Numbered from the whole stretch's first letter, positions 13,524 through 26,847 are shown. The stretch is DNA of 63,730 nucleotides, filler included, from Octopus bimaculoides (GCF_001194135.2; 7 parts of 7 records of this genome joined end to end with filler, not necessarily neighbours in it), one strand, 5' to 3'. The notes: generated by a model not told the origin, from the letters alone. A program made the numbers and translations.

Positions 13524-13774
13524 TCAATCACAATATTAAAGACATTCAGAAGTATTTTTAGCTTAACAAGATGCTATCACTATGGATTGGGATCATGGTT
13601 TATATATCATCTTCAATGGCATACACAATTTTTGCTGGCTTAGTAGTTCATCTACTTTCAAATGTGTGTACTACAAAACACAACATTCTAAACAGTGAGA
13701 GCTATGTATTTTGCTAGCTTCTAGTGCTTCTAGTGCTTTCATTTTGCTAGCTTCTAGTGCTTCTAGTGCTTTCA

Positions 13775-13942
13775 TTAAAACTGGCAAGACTTGGCTTTTC
13801 CCACCTACCCTACAATGTCATTCTAAAAATAAACAATCACATTATCAAAATCTTGAAGATGCGAGATAATGCTGAATAAATTCAAAACAATGTGAATAAA
13901 TAAGCATTACATTTAGCAGAGTAATCAGAATGCTAAAAAGTT
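13775..13942. mobile_element. Partial piggyBac-type MITE
   Basis: Shares aatgtgaataaataagcattac...aatgctaaa with the complete copy at 18474-18632. Confidence 0.6.
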
Positions 13943-14965
13943 AGGCTTTCTTGTCGATGAGTATTATAAAGGAAGTGATTTAGTAGTAGTAATGCTTCAA
14001 ACCAATTCTATCGCCATTGAAAATTGAGACCCCCATCCACGCCGAAATAGCAGCTTGATCAGATCATCACCTATTTATGACCTCTCAAAGACAATTATTT
14101 TCCAGGTCAAATGTGCTTAGCTGCAAACAAATACCACACAGTTAATGGAAACACAGTACAGTTGACAAATGTTACTCCACCTACCCACCCATTAATTTCT
14201 TTTTTAGCATATAGCTGCTGAGAATCCAGCTCTCACATGGATTTGAATTATGACATATACTCACACTCCAGCCTCAGTTCAACCATTTCAATAATCACTA
14301 CATCAAAATGGATTAATATCTACAACTTGTTTCAATCAGCATTTAAATCTGATCATTTTCTTGACCTTTATAAGCTTATCAAAGAATGCAGCAGGCAAAA
14401 CAATTCAGTGAGATAAAGTTAATAATCCAAAAGATAAAATTAATAACAGTCCAACCAATACATACTGCTAATAATGAATTCTGACATAGGTATATAAAGT
14501 TACACATGGGATGGGGCCGGGATATAGCCAATAAAATTAACCCCAGTACTTGAATGGCACTTACTTTATTGACCCCATCACCACCACCACCACCCCACCC
14601 AAGAATGAAAGAGAAAAAAATTGACTACAATGGAAACTGAACTCCAAATGCAAAATGCCATAATTAGATACAACAAATCACTTCATCAAATAAAGAAAAA
14701 AATAGCACAATTTTAGAAAATCATGTCAGGAATGTAAATTATAATTTAAAGGCATAATAATAATTTTATAGTGTTTCTCAGTAAAATGTATTAAACATTA
14801 TGAAATAATATACAATTATTCAATTACAGTAACAACCACAGGAAAGAAACAGAAAATTTATTTATTCATTAATAGTAATAGGAGTCGCAATTATAAAGCC
14901 ATTAATAACAACAATAATAAAATAACTCTTAAAAATAATTTCTTAGTAAGCACAAAGCCCTAAAG

Positions 14966-15112
14966 CAGAGGTGGGGAACCTTTTTTAATACCAGGGCCAA
15001 GTTGCAAGGGTATGAAAACCAGTTAGGAAAGCACCTATACTGAGAGAAATAATAAATCTTCAATTTTACATAATCATAGATATGCAGCTTGTATTAAATT
15101 ACTGTTTTGAGA

Positions 15113-15210
<98 letters not shown>

Positions 15211-15306
15211 TATGTATGAATATATTCAAATGTGAGTATCAGCAAACAGTTTCAAAATGGAATGTGGGCAATATTTTGCCCATAGGTAAGATGTTCCCCA
15301 CTCCTG
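14966..15306. mobile_element. hAT (Charlie-like) MITE containing a (GA)n tract
   Basis: TIRs cagaggtggggaac / gttccccactcctg; 8-bp flanks ccctaaag / ccttagag (6 of 8 identical). Confidence 0.7.
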
Positions 15307-15559
15307 CCTTAGAGTAGGAGAAGGAAGAGGAATGGGATTTTGCGATCATCATGCCTTTTCCAAAGATATCAATGGAATATGTGGAGACCAAAATTTTTGG
15401 CTCAAAACCTTGTTTCACTGAAAACATAGCATTACAGCATAACAAATAACAACAGCGACCAGAACAACAACAATGATAACAATGATGATGATGATGATGA
15501 TGATGATGATGGTGATGTTTTCTAAATCATGCATATGGTTTAGGTGCACGAGTTAAATA

Positions 15560-15960
15560 ACAATTCTGCAAACTTAAGTGATGTGCTAGGATGTATGGAT
15601 TCTTTACACTGTCTTTCCAACAACCTTGGGCACCTTTTTGAACTCCATATGCCTAACATTCGTGGACATGCTTACACAATCAAGAAACAACACAGCACCC
15701 ATGACTTTCAGAAACATTTTTTCATGCTCAAAATTGCTGAAGCATGGAATAAATTATCCGAATCAGTTGTTATCTGTCGAGATACTACATCCTTCAAAAT
15801 TTCCATGCTTCCTGAAATTTGCCAACACTACACCTGATGTTCCCCACCCCTGTTTGTTTGTTTTTTTAAGACTTATTCACTGTTCACTTCCTGTGAATTT
15901 CTATGTCCTGTACATGCAGTTTTGGCTAATTTTTCTGATGGATTGTAGTGCATCTGAGCT
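15560..15960 (+). mobile_element. CR1-type LINE 3' end
   Basis: IRGHAYTIKKQHSTHDFQKHFFMLKIAEAWNKLSESVV...SFK is the classic CR1 RT C-terminus, followed by 3' UTR. Confidence 0.8.
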
Positions 15961-15964
15961 CTCT

Positions 15965-17853
15965 CTTTTACTCTTTTACTAGTTTCAGTCATTTGAGTGT
16001 GGCCATGCTGGAGCACCACCTTTAGTCAAGAAAATCGATCCCAGGATTTATTCTTTGTAAGCCTAGTACTTATTCTATCAGTCTCTTTTTGCCAAACCGC
16101 TAAGTTACAGGGACGTAAACACACCAGCATTGATTGTCAAGCGATGGTGAGGGGACAAACACAGACACACAAACATACACACACACACACACACACACAC
16201 ANNNNNNNNNNNNNNNNNNNNNNNNNNNNNNNNNNNNNNNNNNNNNNNNNNNNNNNNNNNNNNNNNNNNNNNNNNNNNNNNNNNNNNNNNNNNNNNNNNN
16301 NNNNNNNNNNNNNNNNNNNNNNNNNNNNNNNNNNNNNNNNNNNNNNNNNNNNNNNNNNNNNNNNNNNNNNNNNNNNNNNNNNNNNNNNNNNNNNNNNNNA
16401 GGAATCTTGATTCTCATATCAGATTTTATTTTGCAATGTTCAGATCCATTTTTATCTTCTAAAGCAAGATTGGGGAGGCTTGTATATTGGTGGATGTTCT
16501 TTCCAGTCATTCAATTCTGGAGGAAGACTGGAACTTGAAATTAGCAAGGCAGAGTGGGGTGAGCAGATTAATATTACAAAGCCTAATGGCTTAATAAAGT
16601 AGTAGTAGAAAGTTTTGAATTTGCAACCAGCATCATGCATTGATGTAGAGAGCAAATCTGTAGAGATGAATCAATGAGGAGAATATATATCTTTTTTTCT
16701 TTTTTTTTTTTTTTGCCTTGTTTCAGTTATTAGACTGCGGCCAGGCTAGAGCACTGCCTTGAAATTTAAGTCAAATGAATCAACTCCAGTATTTCTTTTT
16801 AAGCCTGGTACTTATTCAATCAGTCTCTATGTTATGGGGATGTAAACATACTAACATCAGTTGTCAAGAAGTGGTGGAAGACAAACACAAACTTAAAGAC
16901 ACATACACACACACACACATATGATGAGTTTCTCACAGTGTCCATCTACCAAATCCACTCACAAGGATTTGGTCAGCCCAAGGTTATAGTAGAAGACACT
17001 TGCCCAAGGTGCTACACAGTGGGACTGAACCCTAGACCATGTGATTGGGAAGTCACACCTGCACCTATACCACCACCTTGTGTACATCAAGCTCTGATGA
17101 ATTTGAATGCAGAGATGTAAAGCACTAAATGAGATACTGCAAAACATCCAGAGCAGATTTCTGCTAACTCTGTCTCATAAGAATCACTTTTTCCCTTTTT
17201 CTTTTTTTAATGATGATAATACAACAACAGTAACAAAAGCAACAACAATAACATTAACTACACTATGAAAGGTCTTAAGTCTTGAAAATCATTTTCGTTT
17301 TTTTTTTTTACAAAGAAACAAACAAATAAAATAACAAAAACTGTGACAACAAAATAAATTGCAAAACCATCCACTGCAAAACACCATAAAAACCCATTGA
17401 AACAAAAAAAATAGTCAGAATCAAATATCATAATAACATATAGTCATAATCTAATAATATATTATAATAACATATAGTCAACATTTGATATTAATATATT
17501 ATGGTAATATATAATCCCAATCCGATCACATATATTATAATAATATATAATCACAATCTGATAATATATTATAATAATATATAATCACAGCCTAATAATA
17601 TATTATCTCAATCCCATAATATATTTTAATATCTAATATATAATCTAATGCTATACTAATATATATCACAACTATATTATTTAATCAAAACCTAATAATA
17701 TAAAATAATAATATAATATAATATAATATAATATATAATAACTAATAATAATAATAATAATATAATATAATATAATATAATATATAATAACTAATAATAA
17801 TAATANNNNNNNNNNATAATAATATAATATAATATAATATAATATATAATAAC

Positions 17854-17906
<53 letters not shown>

Positions 17907-17964
17907 TACAATAATAATATAATCACAATCTAATAAAATAAGGTTTTTTATTGAAAGCTGATTA

Positions 17965-18013
<49 letters not shown>

Positions 18014-18460
18014 NNNNNNNNNNNNNNNNNNNNNNNNNNNNNNNNNNNNNNNNNNNNNNNATTTTTTTATTTGTTTCAGTCATTATAGTGAGGCCACGCT
18101 GGGGCACTGCCCTGAAGAACTTTTAGTCAAATGAATCAACTCCAGTACTGGTTATTTTTTAAAGCCTGGTGCTTATTTTCTGAATCTCTTGCAGAACTGC
18201 TAAGTTATGGGGGGACATAAACACACCAACATCAGTTAGGGGGGGGGGGGCAAACACAGATACAAAGACACACACACACAGATATTTATATACACATACG
18301 ATGGACTTGTTTCAGTTTATATCTACCAAATCCACTCACCAAGCTTTGGTCGGCCTGTGGCTGTAGTAGAAGACGGTTGCCCAAGATGACATGCAATGGG
18401 GCTGAAACTGGAACCATGTCGCTGAGAAGCAAGCCTCTGACCACACAACCATGCCTGTAC
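15965..18460 (-). mobile_element. Three SINE family A copies: about 15965-16200 (tail, runs into gap), 16720-17050 and 18062-18460
   Basis: Each carries the family A tail or head in minus orientation. Confidence 0.75.
17425..17925. repeat. AT-rich degenerate minisatellite (about 35-37 bp unit) grading into (TAA)n/(ATAAT)n
   Basis: Recurrent ataatatattataataatatataatcacaatct units. Confidence 0.7.
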
Positions 18461-18473
18461 CTTATATACATAT

Positions 18474-18632
18474 CCCTTTAGCATTTAAACCAGCCATATC
18501 TGGGTAAAATATTCCACCTGTTTTATGTTCAAACTGGCCAGATGTGGCCTCTTACACTAATCCTTCAATATCGTCAAGACAATGTGAATAAATAAGCATT
18601 ACTTTTGACAGAATAATGTAAATGCTAAAGGG
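18474..18632. mobile_element. piggyBac-type MITE
   Basis: Perfect 12-bp TIR ccctttagcatt / aatgctaaaggg with CCC...GGG ends and TA-rich flanks. Confidence 0.7.
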
Positions 18633-18729
18633 TTATATATATCATCATTGCCATCTAACATCTATTGTCCATGCTGGCATGGGTTGGATGGTTTGACCAG
18701 GGCTGGCAAGCTGGAAGGCAGCACCAGAC

Positions 18730-18872
18730 TATGAGGTACCTGGCTAGAGCTCCTCTCCACCTTACCCCTTGGATGCAACATACATCAACACACTTCCATT
18801 CAAGCATCTAAACAATCTCACTGGACCTACCTTTCAATGTGCCTACATTGACAGTGCCAACTCTAAAAGCTA
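18730..18872 (-). mobile_element. RTE LINE endonuclease N-terminal fragment
   Basis: FRVGTVNVGTLKGRSSEIV*MLEWKCVDVCCIQGVRWRG. Confidence 0.75.
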
Positions 18873-19289
18873 GGAAAGGGACGAGGGAGGGAACATGGGA
18901 AGGAGAGATGGTATTCAGCACTTGAAAAGAAGGCTTCAATGACCGTTTGATAACAGACGTCACATCAATTGTTCTCATTTTAACTTACCATCATTCAGAC
19001 ATGTTAAAATTGTTGCCCCTATTAGCAGTAATTGTAATGTGAACATTGTAAATATAAGTGTTACTGCTACAAATATAAATAGGACAATGTCTAAAATAAG
19101 TAAGTAAATGAGCTGCTATTGGTCAGTCCATTATATATNNNNNNNNNNNNNNNNNNNNNNNNNNNNNNNNNNNNNNNNNNNNTTAATTAATTAANNNNNN
19201 NNNNNNNNNNNNNNNNNNNNNNNNNNNNNNNNNNNNNNATATATATACACATATATATATACACATATATATATGTATATCTGTGTGAT

Positions 19290-19830
19290 TATTCAATTTT
19301 ATTTCAAGATTTCTTGCCAATAGAGAAAGAGCCAGTTTCTAACCTAGATCCAAGGCTCCTTCATTGAAATTTCAACATCAACAGGCTATTTTTGTATGTA
19401 TGTATGTATGCAGATTTGTATGTTTTGTTTTATGTAAGTATTCTCATGCATATCGTTGTATGTCTAGACATGTTCATATATAATTAAATGGTAAACATCT
19501 GGAAAGTTTTACAGATTTTTACAATTCCAATGATGGGTTGGATCTGTAGTCCTTGAATCAACTTTTTCCTTTGTGGTTTTGAAAAGCCTAAATTCTCAAG
19601 TTTGGCATTTAGGCAGTGTGTAACATATTCCAGGGCCCCAATAATTACAAGTATAAACCTGAACTTGTAATCAGGATAGAGTAACTGCAGATTTTTAAAT
19701 AGTTCAGCATAGGTATTTTCTTTTTCGTTGATCTTTAGCTTTATGCTAACATCTGTTGGGCAGCCGATTTCCACAACTGTACAACAGTTATTTTCATTGT
19801 GATCATAAACTATAAACTTAAACTGATTGA
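19290..19830 (-). mobile_element. R4/Dong-clade LINE 3' end (REL endonuclease), subfamily 2
   Basis: IVYDH...VVEIGCPTD..IKLKINEKENTY...FRFILVIIGALEY; homologous to 47490-47995. Confidence 0.75.
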
Positions 19831-19962
19831 TAACAGTAAGCAATATACGATACATAAAGACATCATAATAAGTGAGGCCTCCAGATCCACATAGATGATG
19901 GAGTCGAATGTTGAAGCGTAGAAAAGTAGGTTTTTAGAATAAAAATTTAAAAGTATCCTCAC

Positions 19963-20188
19963 TCGCTCAAGTTGTAAGAATTTCTCTTGTAATTCATCTC
20001 TGATAGCCATTTCTTTTTGATGCAATCTTTGACTCATTTCTTCGATAGAATCTTGCAACTGGTTCTGCAACCGTTGTATGTTATAATCTTTGTTATGTTC
20101 TCGGTCTTTCTGCAATAAGCTAATACTGTGAAGTGTTTCATCTTGTTTTCTCGTTTGGTTGTTTACGTTTGCTTCAACCTCGGCTAAT
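19963..20188 (-). CDS. Internal coding exon (226 nt, phase 2 to 0) of a coiled-coil protein: (R)LAEVEANVNNQTRKQDETLHSISLLQKDREHNKDYNIQRLQNQLQDSIEEMSQRLHQKEMAIRDELQEKFLQLER
   Basis: Minus-strand acceptor ...ttattctgaaacag (ctg at 20189-20191) and donor GTGAGG (19957-19962). 75 open codons, non-repetitive, E/Q/L/K-rich heptad-like composition. Phase matches the upstream 96-nt exon. A loose resemblance to CCDC154-like proteins is recollection only. Confidence 0.85.
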
Positions 20189-20297
20189 CTGTTTCAGAAT
20201 AAATCCAAACAATATAATATTTAATACACAAAAGATATGTATAAAAGACAACAATGCAATAATATTACTCGGATGAGGTGGATTTTGTGTGTGAGTG

Positions 20298-20376
<79 letters not shown>

Positions 20377-21206
20377 GCATGTATGCTCACATAGATATAT
20401 ACATACATAAATGCATATATACACAGACACTAACATATAGATAGATAGATACATAGATACAAACGTACACACACACATACATACAAACATACATACATAC
20501 ATACATACAAACATACAAACATACATACATACATACACACACATACATACATGATGGCTGCTTCTGCATTCTCAAGTGTAACATGACGATGCCGGTACAT
20601 CATGTGATACCTGTGCACGATGCTGTTTAAAATGAGAAGAGGCCTTGTACACAACCAATCCCACTCTCTGAACGGCGACGACAGATACTTCCAAAAGAAG
20701 AACTAGTCAACATCCTTGGTTGCTACAGAGTTTTACATCAAAATTTTCCTTCTAGAGTGATGGCCTAATAAGGAATAGGGAGTTACTCTTCTCAGTAATG
20801 TGCCACACCATGCTTGCATTCTTATAGTGCTGCACTGACTGAACCTGCCGTATCTGCCCATTCTTTAAAACGTGCTAATCCTCAGTGCAGCCACAGAGTT
20901 TTCTGCACCAAAGTTATCAGTTTCTTGATGACTGCTGCCAGAACTACCACTGTCCACGAGAAATAACATAACCAAGCTTGTGTATACAGTATTGGATAGC
21001 TGTTGACTTTATCGAATTCATCTGTCCTTTGACAGGTTTTTTTCTTTCTTTCTGCAAGACATCCAATCACCCTCCCTCTTCACTAAGCAAGTTTAATAAG
21101 ATTGTCGGCTTAGTCCTGGGGTCGATTACCTCGACTAAAAAGGCGGTGCTCCAGCAAGGCCACAGTCAAATGACTGAAACAAGTAAAGGAGTAAAAGAAT
21201 ATTTAC

Positions 21207-21302
21207 CTGCGGAAAACGTTTTGTTCTGAAGATAACCTTTGTTGTACTTCCTGTTCTTGGTTCTGCCGTGCCGTTTGAATCGTCTCCTGCAGGTCATTCA
21301 TC
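21207..21302 (-). CDS. Internal coding exon (96 nt, phase 2 to 2) of the same gene: MNDLQETIQTARQNQEQEVQQRLSSEQNVFR(R)
   Basis: Acceptor ...aactacttcacag (21303-21305) and donor GTAAAT (21201-21206). Open Q/E-rich frame. Terminal AG plus first A of the next exon gives Arg, in frame with 19963-20188. Confidence 0.8.
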
Positions 21303-21616
21303 CTGTGAAGTAGTTACCAGAGATATTCGTTAAAATGAAAGTAGTTTATAAGGACAATAGTGGTGTTGTTGTAGTGTTGATGGTGGGTAATGGTGGCAGT
21401 GGTAGAGTAAGGTGTTTATCTCCAGGAGAGCCATAATTGAGCAAACACGTGATCATAGGCATTCCAGCCATGAGCATCCCATATTTAATAATGGTTTCAA
21501 ATTTTGCCACAAGGGCAGCAATTTTGGGGGAGGGGATGAGTCGATTACATCGACCCCAGTGTACAAGAGGTACTTATTTTACCTTGTGGCAAAATTTGAA
21601 GCCATTATCATCATCA

Positions 21617-21669
<53 letters not shown>

Positions 21670-22640
21670 TCAATTTTGTTCCCATGCTTTGCTGGGCATC
21701 TTCTCGACACCTAGGACAAAGAAGAAACTCACTGCATACTTGATAGGTCATTAATATAAAAACATCAGATTGTTCATTTACAAACCTTAAATAAAGTTAT
21801 GTAGAAAAACATTATCTAAATGGAAGNNNNNNNNNNNNNNNNNNNNNNNNNNNNNNNNNNNNNNNNNNNNNNNNNNNNNNNNNNNNNNNNNNNNNNNNNN
21901 NNNNNNNNNNNNNNNNNNNNNNNNNNNNNNNNNNNNNNNNNNNNNNNNNNNNNNNNNNNNNNNNNNNNNNNNNNNNNNNNNNNNNNNNNNNNNNNNNNNN
22001 NNNNNNNNNNNNNNNNNNNNNNNNNNNNNNNNNNNNNNNNNNNNNNNNNNNNNNNNNNNNNNNNNNNNNNNNNNNNNNNNNNNNNNNNNNNNNNNNNNNN
22101 NNNNNNNNNNNNNNNNNNNNNNNNNNNNNNNNNNNNNNNNNNNNNNNNNNNNNNNNNNNNNNNNNNNNNNNNNNNNNNNNNNNNNNNNNNNNNNNNNNNN
22201 NNNNNNNNNNNNNNNNNNNNNNNNNNNNNNNNNNNNNNNNNNNNNNNNNNNNNNNNNNNNNNNNNNNNNNNNNNNNNNNNNNNNNNNNNNNNNNNNNNNN
22301 NNNNNNNNNNNNNNNNNNNNNNNNNNNNNNNNNNNNNNNNNNNNNNNNNNNNNNNNNNNNNNNNNNNNNNNNNNNNNNNNNNNNNNNNNNNNNNNNNNNN
22401 NNNNNNNNNNNNNNNNNNNNNNNNNNNNNNNNNNNNNNNNNNNNNNNNNNNNGCCACATTTTTTTTGATTTCAAACAGTAAATCTTTATATTTTCTGAGC
22501 TTATCAAATCCTTTTGCTAAGATATTATGACCACAAGATATGCTTGTATTAATCAATAAACAGATTTTATTGTTTTGGTCTTTCACAACAATATCTGGTT
22601 TATTAGCTTTGATTTTTTATTAATTACTACAATTGTTTCA
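21670..22640 (-). mobile_element. R4/Dong LINE 3' end spanning a gap, with (TAA)n tail
   Basis: IKANKPDIVVKDQNNKICLLINTSISCGHNILAKGFDKLRKYKDLLFEIKKMW; ends in (taa)n on the minus strand near 21670. Confidence 0.7.
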
Positions 22641-23523
22641 ACCCCTCTAGCATCGATCCCTCATGGATGGGATGCTTAACAAGTGGCCTAGGAGCACTCG
22701 TCAGTGTAGATGTGTCTCTTCAGGTAATAATTAGATATAACTAGTTAAAATAATGACTTATAGATATATATATATAATGTGTGTGTATGTGCATGCGTGC
22801 ATGTGTCCGTGCCACCCGAACATACCAGGGCTCTCATTAACCATCCTCATAACTGTCTTTGGACATGGACCTGACTAATGAAACATGAAGCCTTATCTAA
22901 TATAGACAGTAAATTTATCTATGTAAAATTTGTGAACTTGTAGAATTAGCAGAGCAGTGGACAAAATCCCATTTAAGGGTAGCAGATAAGTCGAATCGCT
23001 TTTATAATAACTGTAAAAATGTCACGTTATATATATTTACATATTTTTACATTTTGATTTCGAATTCCACTAAGGTTTACTTTGTCTTTCATTCTTTCAG
23101 AAAGTCGATTGAATAAATATCAGCAAAGTACTAGGATCAATACAATTAAGTTAACCCCTCATCCCACCAAATGTATGGTCTTGGTATGTATGTTAAAAGC
23201 CCTCAAAATACACTTATATTGATCAAATTGCATGTCACACTGTCCAGTACATCTCACTGTGAAATATTGATGTATTTCAGATACAAACTGCATCATCACT
23301 TTGATATATATTTTATATTCTCATGCTCGACTGAACAAAATGTGATTTGACTGATATACGAATCTCTTTGTTCAGTCCTTGACATCATTCCTTTGATGTT
23401 GCGACACAAAGGTATCTTGTTTGTTATGTTATTGTGTTGGTATAACAATATCAAACCTGTTTTGGCAAAGGATAGAATAACAAAACAATGGATCTCAGTT
23501 CAGAAGCTTTACTGACATCGTAC

Positions 23524-23633
23524 CTATTATTGTCCCTGTCTCCATCTTTATCGCTTGATGCAAAGATCCTCCATACTGTTTCGTCAGCCTTTGCTATTCT
23601 GTGCTTCTCTTTCAAACTCCCCATAGTTGTGAT
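23524..23633 (-). CDS. Candidate upstream exon (phase 0 to 2): ITTMGSLKEKHRIAKADETVWRIFASSDKDGDRDNN(R)
   Basis: Donor AG|GTACGA is in the phase needed to join the 21302 exon and the frame is open for 36 codons. The acceptor (aatatag) lacks a pyrimidine tract; it could be TE-derived. Confidence 0.25.
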
Positions 23634-23889
23634 CTATATTCTTTCTATATTGTTCACAGCCTAGATCTTCCTCTTCATCCGATACATTGGACTGTGCATT
23701 TTACTCCTTGATATATGAACCGGATTTTAGGCCGGAGTTAGAGAGATGAAAAACAAGGTCAATCCTGCCAAGATTTCTCATAATACTGTATTTTCAAAGG
23801 CTCAGAAACAATTCATTACAGCTTTTGTTGCTATGCTATGATTCGTTTCTATGTATTAAAATACTTACCAAAAGTATTATACACACACA

Positions 23890-24380
23890 AGAGGTAGACC
23901 CACGAAGACCTGGGATGAGGTGGTGAAGCACGACCTTCGAACATTAGGCCTCACCGAGGCAATGACTTGTGACCGAGACCTTTGGAAATATGCTGTGCAT
24001 GAGAAGACCCGGCAAGCTAAGTGAGACCATAACCTGTTGGCCTATGCCAGGGATGTAGCCAGCCCACTTATGCGTACTTTTCCTTCATTGGACACTAAAC
24101 TCGGCTTGCGAAGACTTGTTGGAGCAAGTGAAATCGAAATCGTGATGGAACCAAATTCGATGACTGGCACCTAAGAGCAGCGTCCGAGCGTGATCATTGC
24201 CAGAGCAGCTGTCTGGCTTCCGTGCCAGTGGCACGTAAATAGCACCATTTGAGCGTGATCGTTACCAGCATCGCCTTACTGGCACTTGTGCCGGTGGCAC
24301 GTGAAAAAACATTCGAACGAGATTGTTGCCAGTGCCGCTGGACTGGATCATGTGCAGGTGACACGTAAAAAGCACCATTT
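23890..24380 (+). mobile_element. RTE LINE 3' end with tandemly repeated 3' UTR
   Basis: RGRPTKTWDEVVKHDLRTLGLTEAMTCDRDLWKYAV; UTR has repeated gagcgtgatcgttgccag...ggcacgtaaaagcaccatt units. Confidence 0.85.
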
Positions 24381-24824
24381 NNNNNNNNNNNNNNNNNNNN
24401 NNNNNNNNNNNNNNNNNNNNNNNNTTAATTAATTAANNNNNNNNNNNNNNNNNNNNNNNNNNNNNNNNNNNNNNNNNNNNACATATATATATATATAGAT
24501 ATATAGATATGCAGGGCAGGGAATCGTCAATTAGTAATAAAATTAATAATTAACAATTTTGCCGGGTAGCTCAGTATGAAAAAACCTTTTCGGTAAAAAT
24601 CATTTATAATCATAAACATATAGGGATTGACAGTAACCTGCTTCTCCAACATACTGAGAATTCAGAAATAGCAGTCAAAGAACTACTGATTTCAAAACTA
24701 CAAATTATTACTCTAGATTGATAGCGATATTTTTGATACACGCACACTCACAAATATGTATATATATACATCTATATATTTACATCGAAATGTATTAATG
24801 TATTATACATCTAAATATATTATA

Positions 24825-24990
24825 GGCGCAGAAGTGGCTGTGTGGTAATTAGCTAACTTACCAACCAGATAGTTCCAGCTTCAGTCCTACTGCCTGGCAC
24901 CTTGCGCAAGTATCTTCTGCTATGTCCTCGGGTCGACCAAAGCCTTTTGAGTGGATTTGGTAGAGGGAAAGTGAAAGAAGCCAGTCGTGT
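24825..24990 (+). mobile_element. SINE family A 5' half
   Basis: Head and CORE-like segment followed by TA microsatellite. Confidence 0.8.
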
Positions 24991-25064
24991 ATATATATGT
25001 GTATGTGTATGTGTGTGTATACATACCTGCATATATAAATATATATATATATACTTATACGTAA

Positions 25065-25127
<63 letters not shown>

Positions 25128-25206
25128 GATAGATAGGTATACATATATATATATATATGTGTGTGTGTATAAATCACGCATATATTTATAGGTATAGGTA
25201 TATATA

Positions 25207-25241
<35 letters not shown>

Positions 25242-25831
25242 TATAAATATGTACATCATGTGTGTGTATATATATGTATATACATATATATATATGATGT
25301 ATAAATATATACACAAAATCACCAGTAATCTATACACAAACATCTACGTACTTGCACACCTACGGACACATATACGTGAAAACACACATACGCTCATATT
25401 CTAATATGCAGATGTAGACACACATATGCATAAACATTTTTCACACAAATACAGACTTGTACACAAACACACACAGAGGCAAATAAGCCGGAAAATCCAC
25501 CGGAAAGAGAACAGTTCCTGTAAATTTATTAACATATACACTACATATTGGACCATACATAATTATGTATCTGAGCTAGTGTCTATTTTTATACATCTGT
25601 CTACGTCTTTTCATTTTAAATATCTCTCTGTTTGTTCAACCATCCATGTATGCGCGCGTTTTGTGCATGGATGTGCGTTTGAGTGTACGTGTGTACGTCT
25701 GTGTATGCATTCTTAATTACATATATTCCTCTATTTTAGTTATGTCTGATAAACGGAACACAGTACCTTGCTACTCTTTCTCCGCCCACGTCACTCTTGA
25801 AAGGGATGCATAAATGTCCCGATTAAACTAC

Positions 25832-26083
25832 CGCAATCTCGTCGACAGCAGGAAAGACCTTTTCACGAACGGTGTTTCGTCCAGTTCTTCCTTTTTGAGG
25901 ACGCAAAGAATGCCTTGGTAAAGCTGTATCTAATGGAGACCTACAATTGTTATATTTGGGCAATGAGTTTCCTTCAAGAAAAATTGAAGTCGGTTTTGAT
26001 AACCTTGGCGTCAACAAGTCTTTCGGAAGAATCTGTCTTCCTCAGTATATCACCTCTAGAATCGTGGCCTGTTTGGAATTTTT
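25832..26083 (-). CDS. Candidate exon of 84 codons with one in-frame TGA (26042-26044): KNSKQATILEVIY*GRQILPKDLLTPRLSKPTSIFLEGNSLPKYNNCRSPLDTALPRHSLRPQKGRTGRNTVREKVFPAVDEIA
   Basis: Non-repetitive, GC-elevated island. Acceptor gatatttag and donor GCG|GTAGTT. 70 open codons after the TGA; true boundaries uncertain. Confidence 0.4.
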
Positions 26084-26630
26084 CTAAATATCAATGTCAC
26101 AGCATGTGTTGACGAGAGTGCGCTGTACTTCCTACACTCAATTGACTGTGGTCCACTTCAGATTTCAGGTCTCTCACACAAACCCTTCATTGAAACATTA
26201 ATGATTTCTTTGTTTTAAACTCCAGTAACGACTATTTTTATGCAACAGACACCACAATTTTGTTTTACCTTTCTATCCTTCGGAACCCAAGTGTGATCTA
26301 CACATAACTTAAACAAATCATGCCAAATGTACCATAAACCCATAAAGACTGACATTGAAAATCTCGCCCATTTCAACAATTAAAACTAGCAATTACTGCA
26401 TATATAAAGGCATGACTACTCCCAGATTCGTTTCAGCGTTGATAACAAGCAGCCAGCCTTTTCCTCCCCATCCGGTGATTGCTATAAATGCTATCATTAT
26501 TACCGAGAGTCTACCGGGGTCAACGCACATTTTAAACATAAATAGCTGAAAACCAGTAAATATTTCGCCACTCACACCTAAACGTCTCCTAAACTCAGGG
26601 ATTTCCATAGCATATTAAGTGTGTGGCATG

Positions 26631-26687
<57 letters not shown>

Positions 26688-26847
26688 ATATATATTTGTA
26701 TGTATGTATGCGTGTAGGGGTAGGGTACTGTTCTGTGATGGTATATTCCGTCATATATGAGGTAGAAGTTACAGCAAAGCTTGGTGATAACATAACCGAA
26801 AAGAAGAGCTACACCGGGCTACGTAAAGGCGACTTCAAAATTTGCAA

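Noticed and set aside
13708-13773. Exact 33-bp tandem duplication
   Set aside because: Ordinary slippage duplication; only two units, not CRISPR-like.
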